The position numbers and the translations under genes were made by a program. The notes under the pieces were generated by a model. That model was given only the letters and a program-made list of their open reading frames with translations. It made no database searches and was not told the origin of the DNA. From positions 1 to 26,059 of the IMG/VR virus record IMGVR_UViG_3300012953_000192: 26,059 bases of DNA; one strand, given 5' to 3'. Positions 1-9,000 of this stretch are shown in pieces; the first letter of the stretch is position 1; the number at the start of each line of letters is the position of its first letter. The stretch comes from a virus. Its lineage: Duplodnaviria > Caudoviricetes.

Positions 1-2
1 TC

Positions 3-3000
3 ATAACAAATTTAAGTTGTTTATTTTTAAAAGAATTTTTAGCAAAAACAAAAAATCAATTCTTACCTGGTTTACAGGGAAGAAATTTAGATTCTAATTT
101 AAATCAAAATCTATTTGTAAAACAGTCTAAGGATTTTTACAGAAGCAAAGGAACTGATTTTTCTTTTGAAATCCTTTTCAGGGCATTATATAATGAAGAA
201 GTAAGAATTGTAAAACCAAGAGATTTTCTAATTTCTCCTTCAAATGCCCAATATAGAATCGTAAACAGTTTAGTTGTTGAACCTATTGAAGGTAATCCTG
301 AAAATTTAGAGAACGCAACTTTATATCAAAATGAATATAAGTTTGGTGGAATAGACAAAGCTTATGCACCTATTACTAGTGTTGAAAAGATAGAAGTTGG
401 ATATGGCAAAACTTTCTATAAACTCAACATTGATGGTGGATATAACCGTGATGTCCCTGTACAAGGAGCAGTGTATGGAGCATTTACTGTAGAACCATCT
501 ACAAGAATAATAGGAAAGGTATCTTCAGGATCTACAGTTCTTGATGTTGATTCTACAGTTGGTTTTGGATCAACTGGAGAACTGTATTTCCGTTATCCTG
601 ATGACACTATAGGGGTGTCTTCATATACTTCTAAGTCTCTGACACAGTTTTATGGTGTTACTGATATTGATGCTGAAATTTTAGATGCAACCAATGTAGG
701 TATTAATACATTTGCATATGGAAGATCAAAATTAGATCAAAATGAAATTATTCAAGTAAGAGTTAGTTCTGTTCTAGGTTCTTTTAATATACCATCAGAT
801 ACAAATAATCTACTAAAAGGTGGAAAAGTAAATGTAACTAATTTTGGAATTTCCGAGAATAACTACAAAACTAGTAAGTGGTTTTATAATGTTTCTCCAA
901 CCTATAAAATTAAAAGTCTTGAGATAATAGACTCTTCAAACAATACTTACAAAGTAACTTTAAACGTATCTAATCAATTTAGATCTGGTGACATTGTAGA
1001 GATTATTTTAAACGGTCTAAAAAAAGAAACTAAAATTATATCTGTAACTGGTGAAAAAACTTTTATTATAAGAGGTCAAGGTGTTTTAAATACAGACGCA
1101 ACATATACTATTCAAAGAAGAATTCAAAAAGTTTCTTCTGGAACTTATCCATTAGCTCAAGTATATTCTACAGATATTGACAATGTTTATAAAAATGAAT
1201 CTGGAGATTATCTTGTTTCTTCACCATCAATACCTTATTACGATTCACTACCGTTAAATCCTGCCTCTAGAGAATTCAAGTTTTCTGGAACTTTTATTGG
1301 AGATGAGTTTGAAATTTCTCCTGGAATAGATCATGGATTTTATACTGGAGATTCTGTTTATTATGAAGCACAATTAATTGATGAAACCTTTATTAATGAT
1401 AGTGGTAGCAGTGATACTAGAAAAGTTAGAGATACTGCATTATTTGATGATGGACTTTATTTTGTAAAAAGAGTTAATGGATCAACGGTTAAATTTTCAA
1501 AAAGTAGAAATGATATTTACAACTCAAAATTCGTTTCTTTAGATAATTCAAAAACCGTTGCTAATAGTGCTATTAAACCATTTGAGTTTAATGGAAAAAC
1601 ATTAGAACCACAGAAAGTTTTAAGAAAGATATCAGAACCTCTCAATAATGGAACTTTAACAAAAACGGAACCAGGATTGACTGGAATATTTGTAAATGGT
1701 GTTGAGATTCTAAACTATAAGGGAAATGACGTTATAAAGTATGGAAAGATTGAAACAATAGATGTTTTATCAGAAGGAACAAATATTGATGTAATAAATG
1801 TTCCTAATTTAATTATTTCAGACACTGTTGGAACAGGTGCAACTGGATATGCTGCGGTTTCTGGTTCTCTCAGAGAAGTGAGAATTATAGATCCTGGATT
1901 TGATTATTTAAACACACCAACCGTTAAGGTTGAGGGTGGTAATGGTTCTGGTGCCATTGCCCAAGTTAGTATGAAATTAATCGACCATGAGGTTGAATTT
2001 TTTGCAGATCAAGCATCTGTGAAAGTAATAATTGGTACTTCATCAACACAATCCACAATTGGATTTTCTACATATCACAAATTTAGAAATGCTGAGCAAG
2101 TAGTTTATAATACAAAAGAACAAAATGCGGTTGTTGGAATAGTAACTAACTCTGCATATTTTGTATCCATAGTTGACGATACTACCGTAAAACTACATCC
2201 AACTCAATCTGATGCGATAGCAGGAATCAATACAATATTCTTAACCGATTATGGTATTGGAAAACATTCTTTAAAAACCGTAAATAAAAAATCTATAGTT
2301 AGTTCTATTAATGTTGTTAATGGTGGATCTGGATATGAAAATAAAAAAAGAACTGCACCTGCTACAGGTATCAATACATCATCTAATATAGTAACAATTG
2401 TAGATCATGACTATAAAACTGGAGAAAAAGTAAAATATACTTGCACTGGAACTCCGATTTCAGGTTTATCCGTAGACACTGAATATTATATAACTGTAAT
2501 TGATAAAGATTCTTTCCATCTTTCCCAAATTGGAATTTCTTCAGATAGAGAATTTTATACTAGAACGAAACAGTATGTTGATATGACTTCTGTGGGTGTA
2601 GGAACTCACACTTTTAATTATCCAGTCATCACACTTACTTTATCTGGTAATGTAGGAATTTCATCTATTGGGACAGAAACATTTAAAGGATCTTTCCAAC
2701 CAATCTTAAGAGGAACAGTAACCTCTATACACCTTGAGAATAATGGAGTTGGATATGGATCTTCTGAAGTTCTAAACTTAGATAGACAACCTACAGTCGA
2801 ACTTGAATCAGGATCTGATTGCCAACTTACTCCAATAGTTGTTAGTGGAAAAGTAGTTGAGGTCATAATTCAAAAATCTGGAAGTAGATATCTTTCTACA
2901 CCAGATTTAGATGTTGTTGGTGATGGAGTAGGAGCTGTTTTAGTTCCAGTTCTAGAAAATGGATCAGTAACCGACGTTAAAATTGTTGAACCTGGTACTG

Positions 3001-6000
3001 GATACTCAGATGATTTTGGAACGACAGTTATTAACGTCATACCAGCTGGATCGAAAGAAATATTGCCGACATTCAAAGCAAATGTTCAAAATTGGAGAGT
3101 AAATTTATTTGAAAAATATTTTACATACTTCTCACAGGATGATGGAATAATTACAGCAGGTTTGAAATCAGATGATTTTGGACTTCAATATTCACATTTA
3201 TATGCACCAAGAAGACTTAGAGAAACTCTTTTTGCTTCTGATCGAGAAGGCAACACCATTTACGGAGAAAAAGATTTAACTAAAGTCAATGGTATAGAAG
3301 TTCAATCAACACAACACTCTCCTATATTAGGATTTGCATATGATGGACATCCAATATATGGACCATATGCATATTCTAGATTAAATGGTGGAGTTATTTC
3401 TCAGATGAGATCTGGATATAGTCTTGATATTAAAGATAATAGACCACCCACTTCTATTTTTCCGGAAGGATTTTTCATTGAAGATTACACTCATAATGAA
3501 ATTTCTGATGATAGTGTCCTTGATGAAAATAATGGAAGATTCTGTATAACTCCAGAATTTCCTAAAGGAACATATGCATATTTTGTTACAATCAATGATA
3601 AATTTGCAGAATCGTCGGGAATTTTTGAAAAAAATAATAAACCTATTTTCCCTTACATAATCGGTAATAATTATAAAGGTATTCCTGACGAATTTAACTT
3701 TAAACCATCATCAAATTATGATGCTTTTGATATTTCTAGTGATTGGCGTCGAAATACCCAACCACTAAATGTAATTGAAGATGATTTAGAGTATCCATAT
3801 TTTTATGTCCCAAATAAGTTAAATCAAACTGCAACTGTCACAGCAACTTCGTTTGGTATAGTCGATAGTGTGGGCATATCTACTGGTGGGTCAAATTATA
3901 GAATCAATGAAACTCTTGTATTTAATAACAATGGAACTCAAGGACAGGGAGTATCTGCAAAGATAACAAGAATAAAAGGAAGGTCTGTTAATAATATAAG
4001 TGTTGCATCAAGTACTATTCAAAATGTTGAAATATATCCAGGACAAGCAAAAGGTGAATATTTAGTTTTCTCTGACAATCCTCATAATTTTAAACCTCTT
4101 GATATTGTTTCTATCTCAGGACTATCTACAACATCATCTGGTATTGAAGGATTTTATAATGTAGGAATTAAAACAAATAGACTAGCAATTGCTGGAATAG
4201 GAACCACAGGAGTTGCTATTGGCAATACAAATGTAACAGGAATAGTAACATATTTTAGAGTTTCTGGAGATTTAAATTATCCAAGCATTAGAGAAAATGA
4301 TACTTTGATCATAGGTTCAGAAAAAGTAAAAGTTTTGAATATTGATCCTTTAAATTCTAGAATTAGAATTTTAAGAGCATTTGATAATACTGTTGGATCA
4401 ACTCATACAATAGGAAAGTTTGTTTACGAAGTTTCTAGAAAATTAAAGATTAACTCTGGATTCAAAACTGACTATTCTTATACTTTAAATAAACAAATCT
4501 ATTTTGATCCAGCAGAAACTGTTGGACTAGGAACAACTGCTGGAGTTGGAATTGGAACGACGATTTCTTTCTCTAACCCAGGTGCTGGAGCAACTTCAGT
4601 ATTCATTCAAACTAAAGCACTTTATCTTCCTTCTCACAATTTAAAGACTGGAGATCAAGTAACATATTCTACAGGTATAGGAACTGTTAAAGGTTCTGGA
4701 ATAATTGTACAAGATGAAACTAATGTTGGAGTTGGAACTACTCTTGCAGATGGATCAAGTTTATTTGTTGCAAAAATTAATGATAACTTAATTGGAATTG
4801 CAACAGTGAGAGTTGGTCTTGGAACTACTGGAACATTTGTTGGTCTTGAAAATCCTGTTTCAACTACACTATTCTTTAGAAATGTTGGAACTGGAGACAC
4901 TCATAGTTTTAAAACAAATTATAGTGTAATTACTGGAGATTTGAGAAGAAACTTAGTTACTGTCTCAACTGCAGGAACTCATGGTTTAAGTTCACCGCAT
5001 AATATTTTTGTCAATGTTAATCCACAAAACACAGGCATCGTAACACTTACTTATAATGACTTTAATAGAAGATTGATTGTAAATCCTGTGGGATTTGTAA
5101 CTGCAGGTGTCAATACTACGACAAATGCTATAATAATCAATTCTCATGGATTCAAGACTGGTGATAAAGTAATTCACACATCAGAAACCTCTTCTATAGG
5201 ACTTTCTAATAATAGAATATATTATATTTCAAAGGTTGATGATAATACAATTAAATTATCAAATACTTATTATGATGCTACTCAATCAAAACCAAAGGTT
5301 ATAGGAATAACCAGTGCTTCTCTTGGCACTATTAATCCTATAACACCATTAGTAAAACTTTATAAAAATTCTACAGTAACTTTTGATCTTTCAGATTCCT
5401 CACTTTCTTATACAAATCAAGGAACAAAGTATCCTGCATTTAAGTTTGATTTATTTGTTGACAAGAATTTTACTAAAGAATGGGAAAAATCAAAAGAAAA
5501 TAAAACATTTGAATTATCTAGACAAGGAATTGTTGGAACAGTTGGTGCTAAAGCAGAATTGTTTATTAATGAAAATACTCCTAATGAACTTTATTATAAC
5601 TTAACTCCGATTTATGAGAGTAATCTTCCTACAGTAAAATCAGAAATAATCACTGACAATGAAATTATTTCTGGAAACGTCCTCTTATCGAAGGGAAGTT
5701 TTTATAATGGTAAGCACACCATTACGGTGGGAACTACTACTACCTTTACATACTCTATCACAGAGACCCCAGAAAAATTATCTTATGATAGTTCATCATT
5801 AATTACATATGATACTGATTGTACTCACACTTATGGTCCAATAGCAAAAGTTGAACTTACCAATCAAGGAAGTAATTATTATTCACTACCAGGCATAACA
5901 ACAGTCAACACTCTTGGTGGTAACGGTGCTATTTTAGAAGCAAAGAGTTCAAGTGTTGGTTCTCTTAAGAACATGACATTGGATAATATTGGATTCAATT

Positions 6001-9000
6001 TACCATCAGATCCAACATTGAATCCTAGGATTCTTCTTCCTCAAATTATTAAAATAGATTCCTTAGCATCATTTAATACAGTAGGGGTTACTTCTTTTGG
6101 GAGAGGATTCTCAATTCCACCTAAACTAGTTGTATTAGATGGAAAAACTAAGAAACCGGTTACAGATGTTGATTTAAAATTTACTCTTGGAAAACCTAAT
6201 GTAGAGATTCTAAAAAATACTGACGGCATGAATAATGTGACTCCAACAATCATACCAACTGAAAGTGGTGCCGGGGTTGGAATTAGTACAATAGTATTTA
6301 ATTCCACCACAGAGACAGTTACTGCTTCTCTATCTGTTGGATTTAGCACAATCAATACATTCCCATTTGTTGTAGGTGATAAAGTTCTCGTAGAAGGTAT
6401 TAGTGTTGGTGTAGGATCAACTGGAACGGGATACAACTCTTCTGGATATGACTATAAGTTGTTTGATGTTACAGGAATCACTGAAAACCTTGGTGGTATT
6501 GGAAGTGTTACTTATAGTATGTCTGGATTGTTTAAAGGTAGTGAGTTCCCAGGAACTTTTGATTCAGTAAACTCTTCTGCAAAGATTCTAGCATCAAAAC
6601 ATTTCCCAACGTTTGAGTCCTCATTAAACACAAAAGACTTTGTTAATAATGAAATAATTACCTCAGATTCTGCGATCGGAATAGTTCAAAGTTGGGACTC
6701 AAAAATTACTACATTGACAGTTTCATCAGATGATAATTTTGTTGTTGGTGAAATTATTAAAGGGTCTGATTCTAAAGTTCAAGGAATTGCGTCTTCTATT
6801 ACTTCTTTTGACTCTTTCATTAACTTAGGAGCAACTTCAAAAGTTATTCAAGGTTGGCAAGAAGATTTTGGTCTCCTAAACTTTGAATTACAAAAACTTC
6901 AAGATAATTTCTATTATCAAAACTTCTCTTATTCATTAAGATCTAGAGTTGCGTTTGATGATTGGAATGAAATAGTTTCCTCTCAAAACCATACATTAGG
7001 ATATAGAAAATTTTCTGATTACCAGTTAGAATCCAACAATCGAAATAGTATGACTGTTGGAATTCCAACCGATATCACTAATGTTAGTTCTGTTAATCAT
7101 ATTGATGGTTTTGCAAGTTTGAATTGTGTTTATGGATTTGATCTTGTCACAGAAAATAACTTAAATCAAAACTCAAAGATTATCTCTGATGAAATAATTT
7201 TCTCTAACAGAATTCTCACAGACTATTTTGAATCCGTTGGCAACAGAGTTCTTTCCATTGATGATCTTGGTAGTCAGTTTAATAGTAATCCTAGAACAAA
7301 TTCCTTTAGTGTAGTAGACACTTTCCGACTGAGTGATGTTAGATTCCAAAAATACATCACATATGTCAGGGACAAGAGATATAATGCACAAAGACAACTA
7401 ATGCTTGTTGATCTTCTTCACGACGATTCTCGTGGATATCTGAATCAATATGGTAGAGTTGAAACTCATTATGATCAAGGTTCTTTTGACTTTTCTATTT
7501 CTGGATCTGAAGCCCAACTTCAATTCTATCCAACTAGATCTGCAGTTAATGATTATGATCTTAGTGTCCTCTCATATAACTTGAATGATAATTTCCTTGG
7601 AACTGGAACTACAAGTTTAGGTGGAGTCGCAACAATTGAAACTAAGAGTTCTCCAGTAACGTCTGGTGTCACCACTACTATTGTTTCAATTGGAGATACT
7701 CATACTAGTGTTAAAGTTCTAGTTGATATAAATCCAGACTTGACTAAAAATGAAGAATTTGAAGCAGTTGAACTTAATATTGTTCATGATGGAACAAATA
7801 TTGAGATGATGGAATATGGAAGACTGACAACAAATCTCGGTGGATATTCAGCAACTGGACTTGGTACATATCATGCATATTTCAGTGGATCCTCCTTAAA
7901 TGTTGATTTCATTCCAACTTCTGTTGGTATTGCAACTACAGGTGTAATTAACACCATTCAAGTAGGACTTTCTACAAATACTATCACCGGTATTGGGACT
8001 ATTAATCTTACTAGATCTAGACTTGAAGCTAGAACAACTAGTATTTCTGCTTCAGGATCTCCAGGAATTAATACAGTTTCTGATTATCCAAATAATTATG
8101 ATGCTGCATATTTCATAGCACAAGTCACAGATACGACTAATACTTCAACTCAACTTTCAGAAATTATTGTTGTTGATGATTACGTAACTTCCACAGAAAG
8201 TTATCAAACATATGATACTGAATATGGAGTCATAGAAACTAGTGCTGGACTAGGAACGTTTGGATCTAGAGTTTCTGCTGCAGGAACTGTCTCTCTTGTC
8301 TTTACTCCAAACACAAGTATTGATACAGTGGTTAATGTATACATGAATGCTTTAACTTTAAATGAGGACACCTCATTGTCTAATGTGATTGACTTCACCA
8401 ATGGAACAATTAATAGTGATTTAGGATCTTATCAAGGTACAGACTCTGATATCAAGAGAGGATTTGAAATACAACATGAAAATCTTCCAATCTTTGAAAG
8501 ATACTTTGAAGCAAATGATGCTGGTATTGCTAATACAACAAATAATACGATTAAAATTCCAAACCACTTCTTTGTATCTGGTGAAAAACTGAAGTATATT
8601 CACGTTGGAGAAACTGATTCTGCCATCGGTATTGCAACAACTAGTTTTGTTGGTGCTGCAAATACGTCTTTCCTTCCAGAAGAAAATCTATTTGCTGTCA
8701 AAGTTGATGATAATGTTATTAAGATTGCAACAAGTGCTGAAAATGCATTGATGTCAATTCCTGAGGTGGTTGAACTTGAAAGTGTTGGTATTGGTACATC
8801 ACATAGATTTGTATCTACTAATCAAAATGCAAAAGTTGTCATTGCACTTGATAATATCATTCAATCTCCTATAGTTTCTACTGCTCTGACTACTACACTT
8901 TCTGATCAGATGTCATCTGTAGATAATATCTTGAAATTCAGTGGAATTACATCTTTCTTCGGATCAGATCTGATTCAAATTGGTGATGAAATTATGAAGA

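Noticed and set aside
471-473. GTG start assigned to the 3737-aa ORF
   Set aside because: The frame is open to the window start and the upstream part encodes the conserved gp7 motif, so the true start is outside the window.
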